From NCBI GenBank assembly GCA_951406725.2, contig OX597839.1:24986001-25050000 (forward strand): DNA of 64,000 nucleotides, in the 5' to 3' direction. The notes beneath the pieces were generated by a model that was not told the origin of the DNA, searched no databases, and saw only the letters and a list, made by a program, of their open reading frames with translations. Position numbers and translations under genes: made by a program. The DNA comes from Octopus vulgaris. Its lineage: Eukaryota. Below are positions 36,234 to 49,617 of this stretch, piece after piece. The stretch's first letter is position 1, and each line of letters starts with the position of its first letter.

Positions 36234-37707
36234 CTAATTATTTTTTCGATAATAAATTCTCAGAAGCACTTATAACAGTGAGAATCATAGCAATTATGTA
36301 CGTATTTATTTTTAACATGTTCTAGCAGATTGGATATAAATCGAATGCTAATCCCTGTTGTATTTTACTTTCAGAGAACAAATTCTCTCTTCAGACGATG
36401 TGTCTTGACAATATATGTGATTCAATAACAACAGGGAGACTTTGATACTCCTGAGTTTCAACATTAGTATGTCACTTCAGTCAAACCTGTCCACCAGATA
36501 CCTGAATCTAAATATGAATAGCCATTCTTGTTTATAAAATTCCGCAAACAAATTATTTGCTGATTCATACTGACATCAGCTAAATTGATATTAGATTATT
36601 GTCTCTGAATTGAGTTTGTTATCAACACACATCATCTATAAAGAGATGTTCTCCACATTAAAAATACACCAGCAATTATATTTCAATCTGACAGAAAGTA
36701 TTAAGAATGAATATACTTGTAACGATTTTAATGTCATTTTCTCGAGATATTTAATATGATGATATGAATGTTTTCTAATAATATGGGTATCTTTGAAACA
36801 ATTGTTTGTTTGTTATTTTTGAAAAGAAATAAGTTTCCTTGGAAACAAACAAACATTGGTGTCAGGAGGTAAAAAGGCTGTAATATACTGTCTGAAGAAG
36901 TTACATCCAGCCAACCCATGCCCCCAGGGGTAAAACAGATGTAAAAATGATCACAGGGATTATGAGGTTAAGATGTATATAAAATATTGTGTGGTAAGAA
37001 ATTTGCTTCCCAACCACGTGGTTCTGGGTTCAGTCCCACTGTGTGGCACCTTGGGCCTTGCAAGTGAATTTTATAGACAGAAACTAAAAGAAGCCTGTGG
37101 TGGGGGGTGAGTGTGGGTGTGTGTGTTTGTCCCCCACCATCACCTGACAATTGGTGTTGGTTTGTTCATGTCCTCATGACTTAACAGTTTGGCAAAAGAG
37201 ACTGATGAAATAAAAACCAAGCTTGAAAACGAATGAAACCAAGTCCTGGGCTTGATTCATTTGGCTAAACATTCTTCGAAGCGGTGCTCCAGCATGGCTG
37301 CCATCTGATGACTGAACCAAGTAAAAGATACAAGATATAGACAGACAGATGGATAGACAAGTAGAAAGATAGGTAGACAGACCTACAGACAGACAGCAAG
37401 ACAGGTAGATAGACAGATAGACAGACAGACAGACCAATAGATAGATACATACATACACACATATATATGCATTTGTGCATACATACATAATACATACGTA
37501 CGCACACATATCCACGCATAAATGATAAAATCGATATAAATTTAAACACATATTCCTTCGAAAATCCAAATCTTGAAATTACCTCAAATTCACTTTGACA
37601 CAAAAGAGTTCTATAATGGGAAATAATTCTGAATAGTTTTCTGTTGGGAAGGAAGAAACTACAAAACAAAACAAAAACAAACAATAAACATGCAAACACA
37701 CACATCA

Positions 37708-37765
37708 ATAATAATAATAATAATAATAAATAATAAATAATAAATAAATAATAATAATAATAATA

Positions 37766-37798
<33 letters not shown>

Positions 37799-38170
37799 AT
37801 AATAATAATAATAATAATAATTGTAATAATAATAATAATTGTAATAATAATAATAAATAATTAATAATAAATAATAAATAAATAATAATAATAATAAATA
37901 AATAATAATAATAAATAAATAATAATAATAATAGTAATAATAAATAAATAATAATAATAAATATTAAAATAATAATAATAATAATAGTAATAATAAATAA
38001 ATAATAATTATAATAATAATAGTAATAATAATAATAATAGTAAATAAATAATAATAATAATAAATAATAAATAAATAAATAATAATAATAAGAAGAATGT
38101 TAATAATAAAAATAACAATACAATGATGATGATAATAATAACATCAACAACAAAAATAATAATAATGATG
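37708..38170. repeat. Long (TAA)/(TAAA) microsatellite
   Basis: Directly visible. Confidence 0.95.
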
Positions 38171-38417
38171 ATTTAAGAAATGCTGGCTGAGAAGCAAAGA
38201 TAAATTAAAGCAGATGATAGAGAAAATATATATTTTTTTCTTGAAATTGGTGATCACATGACTTTCTTTCAGATTTTAGGTTATATAATTTGTGTGTATA
38301 TGTGTATGTATGTGGTTGTGTATGTACAGATTTATGTGTCTTCTTGTGTGTGTGTGTGTGCGCGTGAGAAGAAATATAGCAGTTTGGTATATGCGTGTAT
38401 ATATATATATATATATA

Positions 38418-38638
38418 TACTCTTTTACTCTTTTACTTGTTTCAGTCATTTGACTGCGGCCATGCTGGAGCACCGCCTTTAATCGAGCAACTCGACCCCG
38501 GGACTTATTCTTTTGTAAGCCCAGTACTTATTCTATCGGTCTCTTTTGCCGAACCGCTAAGTAACGGGGACATAAACACACCAGCATCGGTTGTCAAGCA
38601 ATGCTAGGGGGACAAACAAAGACACACAAACACACACA

Positions 38639-38680
<42 letters not shown>

Positions 38681-38856
38681 CATACATATATACGACAGGC
38701 TTCTTTCAGTTTCCGTCTACCAAATCCACTCACAAGGCATTGGTCGGCCCGAGGCTATAGCAGAAGACACTTGCCCAAGTTGCCACGCAGTGGGACTGAA
38801 CCCCGAACCATGTGGTTGGTTAGCAAGCTACTTACCACACAGCCACTCCTGTGCCT
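38418..38856 (-). mobile_element. SINE family A
   Basis: Full reverse-complement match. Confidence 0.9.
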
Positions 38857-40479
38857 ATATACATATTTTTTCCTGAAATTGGTGATCACATGACTTTCTT
38901 TCAGATTTTAGGTTATATAATTTGTGTGTATATGTGTATGTATGTGGTTGTGTATGTACAGATTTATGTGTCTTCTTGTGTGTGTATGTGTATGTGAGAA
39001 GAAATATAGCAGTTTGGTATATGCATGTATATATATATATATATGTATGTATGTATATATTGAATGTATATCATCATCATCATCATTTAACGTCTGCTTT
39101 CCATGCTGGCATGGGTTGGACAGTTTGACTGGAACTGTTAAATCAGAAAGGAACACCAAGTTCCAGTCTGGTTTTGGCGTAGTTTCTACAATTGGATGCC
39201 CTTCCTAATGCCAACCACTCCTGCAGTGTAATGTGCCACTAGCATAGGTGCCATTTGCATGACACCAGCAATGATCGTGAATATGATCTGTGGGTGCCAT
39301 TTGCATGACACTGGCAATGACCACAACTAGGATTCATGGGTGCCATTTTCATGGCACCATCACTGACTATGATTCATGGGTACCATTTGCATGATACTGC
39401 CAACGACCAGAACTATGATTCACTGGTGTCATGTAAATGGCACCATCAAAGACCACAACTATGACTATGATTCTCATGGCACAGATGAAGGCCCAACTCG
39501 GGTGCCATTTACACGGCACCAGCAGTGGCCATGACTATGATTTCACTTGGCCTGTTGGGTTTTCTAATGCACAGCATATCACCAGAGGTCTCGGTCACTT
39601 GTCGTCACCTTCATGAGGCGCAACATTCGAAAATCATGCTTCACCACCTCATCCTATGTCTTCCTGTGTCTACCTCTTCCACGGGTTCCCTCCACACACA
39701 CACACACACATATATCATCATCGTTTAGCGTCTGCTTTCCATGCTAGCATGAGTTGGACGGTTCAACTGGGGTCTGTGAAGCCAGAAGTCTGCATCAGGC
39801 CCAGTCTGATCTGGCAGTGTTTCTACGGCTGGATGCCCTTCCTAACGCCAACCACTCCGTGAGTGTAGTGGGTGCTTTTTACGTGCCACCCGCACATATA
39901 TATATATATATAATATTTACAGACATGGCCGTGCAGTAAGAAGCTTGCTTCCCAGCCATGTGGCCCTGGGTTCACTCCCACTGCATGGCACCTTGGATAG
40001 GTATCTTCTACTATAGCCTCAGGCTGACCAAATCCTTGTGAGTGGATTTGGTAGACAGAAACTGGAGGAAGCCCATAGTATGTATGTGTGTATATATATA
40101 TATCTGTGTGTGTGTGTCTTTCTGTCTGGTTTTTTCACACACACATCGCTTGAAAACTGGTGTTGGTGTGTTTGCATCCCCATAATTTAGCATTCTGGCA
40201 AAAGAGACTGATAGCATAAAGTTTAAAAAATAAGTATTGGGGTCAATTCGTTTGGCTAAAAAAATATTCATGGCAGTGCCGTAGCATGGCCACAGTCTAA
40301 TGACTGGTAGGACTCAAAGATAACAGATAGGCATTCTTACCTACACACACTTATGGATATACATCCATCATTACCACCACCATCACCAATTAATATCTGT
40401 CCAACCCATGTCGGCATGGGTTGGACCAGTTTGACAGGAGCTGATAAGCTGGTAAGACCATGGGCCACACCAGGCTCTG

Positions 40480-40521
<42 letters not shown>

Positions 40522-40614
40522 TTAACACATATAACACATACAGGCATGTATAAAAAATACATGTATTCTATAATTAATTATCTTTATTACTCTTCTTATT
40601 ATTATTATTAAGGT

Positions 40615-40998
40615 GGAGGCGCAATGGCCCAGTGGTTAGGGCAGCGGACTCACGGTCATAGGATCATGGTTTCAATTCCCAGACCGGGCGTTGTGAGTGT
40701 TTATTGAGCGAAAACACCTAAAGCTCCACGAGGCTCCGGCAGGGGATGGTGGTGATCCCTGCTGTACTCTTTCACCACAACTTTCTCTCACTCTTACTTC
40801 CTGTTTCTGTTGTACCTGTATTTCAAGGGGCCGGCCTTGTCACTCTCTGTGTCACGCTGAATATCCCCGAGAACTACGTTAAGGGTACACGTGTCTGTGG
40901 AGTGCTCAGCCACTTACATGTTAATTTCACGAGCAGGCTGTTCCATTGATCGGATCAACCGGAACCCTCGTTGTCTTAACCGATGGAGTGCTTCCTCC
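40615..40998 (+). mobile_element. SINE family B
   Basis: Full match; flanking repeat tattattaaggtgg. Confidence 0.9.
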
Positions 40999-41584
40999 TA
41001 TTATTAAGGTGGCAAGCTGGCAGAGACGTTAGCATGCTGGGCAAAATGCTTAACAGTATTTCATGTCTTTACGTTCTGAGTTCAAATTCCACTGGGGTCG
41101 ACTTTGTCTTTCATCCTTTTGGGGTCGATAAATTAAGTACCAGTTGCGTACTGGGGTTGATCTAAACAACTGGCCCCCTCCCCAGAGTAGAAAAGATTCT
41201 TCTTCTTATTATTATTATTTATCTTATCAATTCATTGCATGTAAACCTCCACACTTTGTTTTGTATCATTCCCCTCATCCTTTGCCCTGGTGGCAAGTAA
41301 ACTATTATTATTACTGTTGTTGTTACTAAAGCAGCAAGCTGGCAGAATCGTTAGGATAAAGGATGAAATGCTTAGTGGCATTTTGTCGGTCTTTACGTTC
41401 TGAGTTCAAATTCTGCCGAGGTCGATTTTGCCCTTCATCCTTTCAGGTTCAATGAAATAAGTACCAGTTATGCACTGGAGTCGATGTAATTGACTAACCC
41501 CCACCTCTCCCAAAATTTCAGGCCTTGTGCCTATAGTAGAAATGGTTATCATTATTATTAATAGCTTCATCAGCGGCGGCGCCC

Positions 41585-42428
41585 TCATCATCATCAGCAG
41601 CGGCAGCGACATCATTGTAGTTCTCATCATTGTTTTTGTCATCATTGTCATCATCATCACTGTCATCGTCGGCATCATCATCATCACTATTGTCATCATC
41701 ATCAGTCATCATCATCACTGTCATAATCATCACCACCACCATTGTCATCATCACCTTTGTCATCATCATCAACACTATCATCATCCTTATCACTGTCATC
41801 ATCATCACCGTCATCATCATCCTTATCATCATCTCCATTGTCATCATCATCACTGTTGTCATCATCATCACCATCGTCATCATCATCATCACCGTCATCA
41901 TCATCCTTATCACTATCATCATCCTTATCATCATCATCATCATCATCACCATCATCACCATCCTTATCATCTCCATTATTATTGTCATCATCTTCACTGT
42001 TGTCATCACCATCACCATCGTCATCATCACCTTTGTCATCACCATCATCACCGTCATCATCATCTTTATCACTATCATCATCCTTATCACTGTCATCATC
42101 ATCACCATCATCATCATCCTTATCATCATCATCTCCATTATTATTGTCATCATCTTCACTGTTGTCATCACCATCGTCATCATCATCTTTGTCATCATCA
42201 TCATCTCCATTATTATTGTCACCATCATCATCTCCATTATTATTGTCATCATCATCACCATCGTCATCATCGCCTTTGTCGTCATCATCATCACCGTCAT
42301 CATCATCCTTATCACTGTCATCATCATCACCGTCATCATCATCCTTATCATCATCATATCCATTATTATCGTCATCATCATCACTGTTGTCATCATCAGC
42401 ACCATCACATCATCATCATCATCATTAT
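41585..42428. repeat. Degenerate (CAT)n array
   Basis: Directly visible; related copy at 48812-49201. Confidence 0.95.
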
Positions 42429-42784
42429 AGCATTTCTTTCATTTTTTTACCCTTAAGTAAATATCGAAATCTTCAAGTTAAGTGATTCTTGGACGAGAGG
42501 GAATACAAGCGATGCTACCGATGCTGTGATGCCAGTCTTGGAGGTGGCGTGGGGGTGGTGGTGGTGCTGGAAGCACAAAGTTCTCAATATATCTTCTTCG
42601 TTTTTCTTCACTTCATCTTTCCATTTTCTTTCCCTCACCCGATTTCCCTTTTACCTTTTTATCTTTATTTTTACTTTTTTTTTCTTTATTTATTTGTTTT
42701 GACTTTTCATTTGCGTTCTGTTTCCTTTCAGCACACTGAGAAGGGGCCACTGTATATAAAGTCTTCCCTATTGAAAATAATTGA

Positions 42785-42864
<80 letters not shown>

Positions 42865-43696
42865 ACACACACGTACACACACACATACACACACACACAG
42901 ACACACACATACACATGCACACACACACGCACAGACACACACACACACACACAGACACATACACACACACACAGACACAGACACACAGACACACACACGC
43001 ACAGAGACACACGCACAGAGACACACACACAGAGACACACACACAGAGACACACACACAGAGACACACACACAGAGACACACACACAGAGACACACACAC
43101 AGAGACACACATACACACACACATACACACACACACACACACATGAACACACGCACAGCTATTTCCCTGTGGAAGCTACTTTCAATAGGATATTAAAAGC
43201 TATTTCTAACCTGGCAAAAGAAAAAAAAACCCAGTAATAATAATAATAATAATAATGATAATAATAATAATATCAATACAAATAACATTTTATAAAAATA
43301 GTAACAATTCACCACAATAATAACAATAATAACAATGATGACGGTGGGGTGGTGATGATGAGGATGATGATGATGGTGATGATTTCATTTCACATCTTTT
43401 TTTCAGGATTTCATAAAACTGTTTTTAACTGCTGCAAATTTGAATAAACTGTTCTTGTTGCAACATCATTTAAACTTATCCATCTCCCTGTGTTCTTGTC
43501 ACCATGCATCACCACCGCCACCACCACCACCATCATCATCATTGTCATCCTCAACAACAACAACAACAACAATGGCTAAACACAGCCTAGAACATCCTAC
43601 TCCTGTCCTTTGCAGGCATCTACCAGTTATTCAATTTGAAATTTGGAAAACCTATTTCACCTATATAAATACATATCTATACACATGTATGTATGC

Positions 43697-43747
<51 letters not shown>

Positions 43748-43920
43748 GCTATCGCTGTGTGGTAAGTAGCTTGCTTACCAACCTCATGGTTCCGGGTTCA
43801 TTCCCACTGCATGGCACCTTGGGCAAGTGTCTTCTACTATAGCCTTGGGCCGACCAAATCCTTGTGAGTGGATTTGGTAGACAGAAACTGAAAGAAGCCT
43901 GTCGTATATATATATATATA

Positions 43921-44148
43921 CTTTATTTAAAGCAGCAGAAAATTCAACAAAATCTGTTACTCTGAGTTTCTCGTTGCTGTTCATCAGACAGTTTTTGCTA
44001 GAAAAACTGTTTGATGAACGGCAACGAGAAACTCAGAATAACAGATTTTGTTGAATTTTCTGCTGCTTTAAATAAAGCATATTACTCTTTCACTGGTATT
44101 TGAGTACTCTTTTTTCCACCTTGTTTCACATTTATGTGTTTACTCCGG
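43921..44148 (+). mobile_element. Second copy of the fold-back HHR insert, within the internal (TA)n of a SINE A
   Basis: Near-identical to 6331-6556, opposite orientation; host SINE at 43745-43905 resumes at ~44165. Confidence 0.85.
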
Positions 44149-44609
44149 TATATATATATATATATGTGTGTGTGTGTCTATGTTTGTGTGTCTGTATTTG
44201 TTCCCCCAACATCGCTTGACAACCGATGTTGGTGTGTTTACGCCCCCGTAACTTAGCATTTAATGTTTCGAGCGGAGCTCTTTGTCAGAAACATAGAAAA
44301 AGGAAAGATCCAAGGAAGAGAAGAAGGAGGAAAAAAAATCGCCAACAATACACATGCGGTCACATATTGAATGCATACGTATATATGTATGTATGTATAT
44401 ATATATGTATGTTTGCATATGCGTCTGTGTATACACACACACATATGTACACACACACACACATAAAGGCATGGCTGTGTTGTAAGAACCTTGCTTTCCA
44501 ACCACATGGTTTCAGGTTCAGTCCCACTGTACAGCACCTTGCAAGGCACCACTAGCATCTTATCCAATCATGTGATCCTAAAAATACAGATTGAGATTTC
44601 ACACACACA

Positions 44610-44825
44610 CACCAATTCCTTTTTCAGTAGTACCTTGGTTTTAGGATCTGAATTCTGTGGTGGTGGGCAAGTCTTCTCGAGTACAGCAATGTGCCACATA
44701 TCTCGGCCCTCTGTCATCTTTTTCAAAAGGTTCAGCATTTTGAGAATGGCCTTCAGTACTTCATCCCATGTCTTCCCGGGATTCCCTCGTCCACAACTTT
44801 CTTCTACTTTAAGTAATATATACAC
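44610..44825 (-). mobile_element. RTE-clade LINE 3' relic
   Basis: VEESCGRGNPGKTWDEVLKAILKMLNL..MTEGRDMWHIAVLEKT; similar relic at ~39545-39692. Confidence 0.7.
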
Positions 44826-45211
44826 GGAGGTGCAATGGCCCAGTGGTTAGGGCAGCGGACTCGCGGTCATAGGATCGCGGTTTCGATTCCCAGACTGGGC
44901 GTTGTGAATGTTTATTGAGCAAAAACACCTAAAGCTCCACAAGGCTCCGGCAGGGGGTGGTGGTGATCCCTGCTGTACTCTTTCACCACAACTTTCTCTC
45001 ACTCTTACTTCCTGTTTCTGTTGTACCTGTATTTCAAAGGGCCGGCCTTGTCACTCTCCGTGTCACGCTGAATATCCCCGAGAACTACGTTAAGGGTACA
45101 CGTGTCTGTGGAGTGCTCAGCCACTTACACGTTAATTTCACGAGCAGGCTGTTCTGTTGATTCGGATCAACCGGAACCCTCGTCATCGTAACTGACGGAG
45201 TGCTTCCACAC
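44826..45211 (+). mobile_element. SINE family B
   Basis: TSD aatatatacac (44815-44825 / 45212-45222). Confidence 0.92.
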
Positions 45212-46257
45212 AATATATACACATTGGAGGCATAGTGGGCGAATTCCTTTTGAGTGTTGGGCCTCATGGAGGCAATGATCAAGACTTTTGGCATTATGTC
45301 ACGCTTGAGAAGAAGACCCATCAAACTGAGCAAAATCGCAGTCGTGGCAGATATCTGAAGAGCGACTGAATTCCTTGTGAGTGATGGGCCTCATGGAGGC
45401 AATGACCAAGACCTTTGGCATTATGTTGTGCTTGAGAAGAAGACCCATCAAACCGAGCAAAAGTGCAGTCATGATAGATATTGGGGCCACACAAATGGCA
45501 CCAGTGCTGGTGGGACATAAAAGCACCCATTACACTCTCGGAGTGGCTGGCATTAGGAAGGGCATCCAGCCATAGAAAACCATGCTAAATCAGTGGAGTC
45601 TGGTATAGCCTTCCAGCTTACCAGCCCTGGTCAAACTGTCCAACCGATGCCAGCATGGACAATGGATGTTAAATGATGATGATGATGATGATGGTACATG
45701 CCAACAGAAAGAAAGCTAAGATTGATGACATTCAGATGATGAATATTTAAATATAAATATAGAAGTATTTATATTAATAGATCCAACTTACCAAACATAG
45801 CCACAGCTCACAAGCTGAAACCAGTCAAAGAGTTTCTGTCTATATTGCACGTGTTGATGGGGACTTTTATCTTTGTCTGACCATCTTTTCAGCCAGAGTA
45901 TATATGTAGGCATATATAACCGAACCTGTTGCCTCATCGCTTCCTGTTACTTGAATTTAGGCTATATAATTTGTGTGTATATGTGTATGTATGTGGTTGT
46001 GTATGTACAGATTTATGTGTCTTCTTGTGTGTGTATGTGTATGTGAGAAGAAATATAGCAGTTTGGTATATGCATGTATATATATATATGTATATATTGA
46101 ATGTATATCATTATCATCATCATCATTTAACGTCTGCTTTCCATGCTGGCATGGGTTGGACAGTTTGACTGGAACTGTTAAATCAGAAAGGAGCACCAAG
46201 TTCCCATATGCCCAGCTTGTTCAATGCAATATACGTTGTTCTACATGTCACCTATGG

Positions 46258-46597
46258 GAAGGCACATGGCTCAGTGGTTAGAGCATTGGGCTTACAGTCG
46301 TGGGGTTGTGAGTTCGATTCTCAGACTGGGCTGTGTGTTGTGTCCCTGAGCAAGACACTTTGTCACTTTGCTCCAATTCACTCAGTTGTTGAAATGAGTT
46401 GCAACATCACTGATGCCAAGCTGTATCGGCCTTTGCCTTCACATCGGTGGCATGGAGAGGAGAGGCTGATATGTATGGGCGACTGCTGGTCTTTTTTATA
46501 AACAACCTTGCCTGGACTTGTGCCTCAAAGAAGAATTTTCTGTGTGCAATCCCATGGTCATTCATGATTAAAGAAGGTCTTCACCCTTTTACCCTTA
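46258..46597 (+). mobile_element. tRNA-derived SINE, family E
   Basis: tggctcagtggttaga / gagttcgattc boxes, then tgagcaagacacttt..cactcag..aaatgagt; further copies at 51570-52295. Confidence 0.8.
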
Positions 46598-47261
46598 TGC
46601 ATCAGCTAAGACTTCCTTCAAATGCTATTTTGAGAGCAACTAAAAAAATCTCCTCCCTAATTTTCTTTTCCTCTTCCTCTGTCAATTTGTATAAAGCCAT
46701 GAGTAGGAAAGCATTTTCCTTGGTCACATATTTATGCCATTCTCACAGCTTCTCCATTAGTCAACTCCTGTTTAAAATTTCCTTTTGGCTAGCAGCACTG
46801 GCAAAAGAATTAGTTTTTTTCTCTTAACATTTTGGCTTGGATAACTTTTGTGTGTTGAATAGCTGTTAAGGGAGGTATTTAGTTGTAAAAATATCATTTC
46901 TTTCTGTTTTTCACTATTTTAAGAACAAACATTTATCTTTTCTGCTTGCTTGTCTTTTTTTTCCTATAGAAATTTTAAGGGGTTTCCTGTTTTTATCACT
47001 ATAATCAAATGTCTGACAGCAAAAATTAACAATTTCTTTTAGATATTAAAGTCTTGTTGTTTTTTTCCTCTCCCAAATGGTTGAAAAACTGCAAAAATAA
47101 AAAATTAATCTTTACCCTTTTATGTTCAAAGTTTACATAAAAGAGAAAGAAAATTAACGATTTTCCACACAGCTTCTCCAATTAAAAAATTTTAAATGCT
47201 GAGAGCAAATTGGAAACGTGTCTGGTCAGAGCAAACACGAAAGCAATTAATAATAATACTC

Positions 47262-47665
47262 TCTTTTCTCTTTACTCTTTTACTTGTTTCAGTCCTTTGA
47301 CTGTGGCCATGCTGGAGCACTGCCTTTAGTCGAGCAACTCGACCCCAGGACTTATTCTTTTGTAAGCCCAGTACTTATTCTATCGGTCTCTTTTGCCGAA
47401 CCGCTAAGTGACAGGGACGTAAACACACCAGCATTGGTTGTCAAGCAATGCTAGGGAGACAGAAACACACACACACACATATATATATATATACATATAT
47501 ACGACAGGCTTCTTTCAGTTTCCGTCTACAAAATCCACTCACAAGGCATTGGTCGGCCCGGGGCTATAGCAGAAGACACTTGCCCAAGATGCCACGCAGT
47601 GGGACTGAACCCGGAACCATGTGGTTGGTTAGCAAGCTACTTACCACAAACCCACTCCTGCGCCT
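47262..47665 (-). mobile_element. SINE family A
   Basis: Full reverse-complement match. Confidence 0.9.
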
Positions 47666-47880
47666 ATTATAATAATAGTTTCAAATTTTGCCACAAGGAC
47701 AGCAATTTTGGGAGATGGGATAAGACAACTTCATCGACCCCGAAAGGATGAAAAACTAAGTCAACCTCGGCAGAATTTGAACTCAGAACGTAAGGATGGA
47801 CGAAATGCTGCTAAACATTTTTGCCCGGCACATTAATGATTCTGCCAGCTCGCCACCTTAAAAGTAATAATAATAATTTT

Positions 47881-48613
47881 TATTTCTTTACTACCCACAA
47901 GGGGCTAAACACAGAGAGGACAAACAAGGACAAACGGATTAAGTCGATTACATTGACCCCAGTGCGTAACTGGTACTTAATTTATCGACCCCGAAAGGAT
48001 GAAAGGCAAAGTCACCCTGGCAGAATTTGAACTCAGAACGTAGCGGCAGACGAAATACCTATTTCTTTATTACCCACAAGGGGCTAAACATAGAGGGGAC
48101 AAACAAGGACAAACGGATTAAGTCAATTACATCGACCCCAGTGCGTAACTGGTACTTAATTTATCGATCCCGAAAGGATGAAAGGCAAAGTCGACCTCGG
48201 CGGAATTTGAACTCAGAACGTAACGGCAGACGAAATACCGCTAAGCACTTCGCCCGGCGTGCTAACGATTCTTATTTCTTTATTGCCCACAAGGGGCTAA
48301 ACACAGAGGAGACAGACAGATGGATTAAGTCGATTATATCGACCCCAGTGCGTAACTGGTATTTAATTTATCGACCCCGAAAGGATGAAAGGCAAAGTCG
48401 ACCTTGGCAGAATTTGAACTCAGAACGTAGCGGCAGACGAAATACCTATTTCTTTATTACCCACAAGGGGCTAAACATAGAAGGGACAAACAAGGACAGA
48501 CATAGGTATTAAGTCGATTACATCGACCCCAGTGCGTAACTGGTACTTAATTTATCGACCCCGAAAGGATGAAAGGCAAAGTCGACCTTGGCGGAATTTG
48601 AACTCAGAACGTA
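47881..48613 (-). mobile_element. Cluster of two SINE family C dimers
   Basis: Same aaatag|gtatttcgtc junction at ~48058 and ~48445. Confidence 0.85.
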
Positions 48614-49581
48614 ATAATCCTTATTACTATAGGCACAAGGCCTGGAATTTGAGGGGAGGGGGCCAGTCAATTACATTGATCCCAGTGTTTCACTTAATTT
48701 ATTGACTCCGAAAGGATGAAAGGCAAAGTTAACGAGCTGCGGAAAGACGAGCCTAACAAAAGGAACCCACAAATTGTTGCAGGTGGCATTATCTAAGCGC
48801 GTGTCCACACATTTTTGTCATCATTGTCATCATCATCACTGTCATCGTTGGCATCATCATCATCACTATTGTCATCATCATCAGTCATCATCATCAGTCA
48901 TAATCATCACCACCACCATTGTCATCATCATCACCATCGTCATCATTACCTTTGTCATCATCATCATCACCGTCATCATCACCCTTATCACTGTCATCAT
49001 CATCCTTATCATCATCACCATCGTCATCATTACCTTTGTCATCATCATCATCACCATCACCCTTATCACTGTCATCATCATCCTTATCATCATCATCTCC
49101 ATTATTATTGTCATCATCATCATCACTGTTGTCATCATCATCACCATCGTCATCATCACCTTTGTCATCATCATCATCACCGTCATCATCATCCTTATCA
49201 TACCTAATCTGCCACTCAGAGGATGCTGGCAATAGACCAATCATCAACCCCAGTGCATAGCTGGTACTAATTTTATCGACCCTGAAAAGATGAAAGGCAA
49301 AGTTAACCTTGGTGGAATTTGAACTCAGAACCTAGTGACAGACAAAATGTAGCAAAGCAATGACTCAGCCCCCTAAGGATTCTGCCAGCTTGCTGCCTCA
49401 ACCACAACAACAACAACAATAATAATAATAATAACTGGTACTTAATTTGTCAACCTTGAAAGGATGAACGGCAGTGTTGACCTCAGTGGAATTTGAACTC
49501 GGAATGTAACAACAGACAAAATACTGCTAAGCATTTTGCCTGGTGTCCTAATGATTCTACCAGCTCACCACTCTATTAAGA

Positions 49582-49617
<36 letters not shown>

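Noticed and set aside
41518-42485. Long poly-His/Met/Ile/Ser ORFs
   Set aside because: A (CAT)n array read in different frames.
45800-45835. agc tcacaa gct-GAAA-ccag-TC half-hammerhead
   Set aside because: No CUGANGA or stem I upstream; insufficient.
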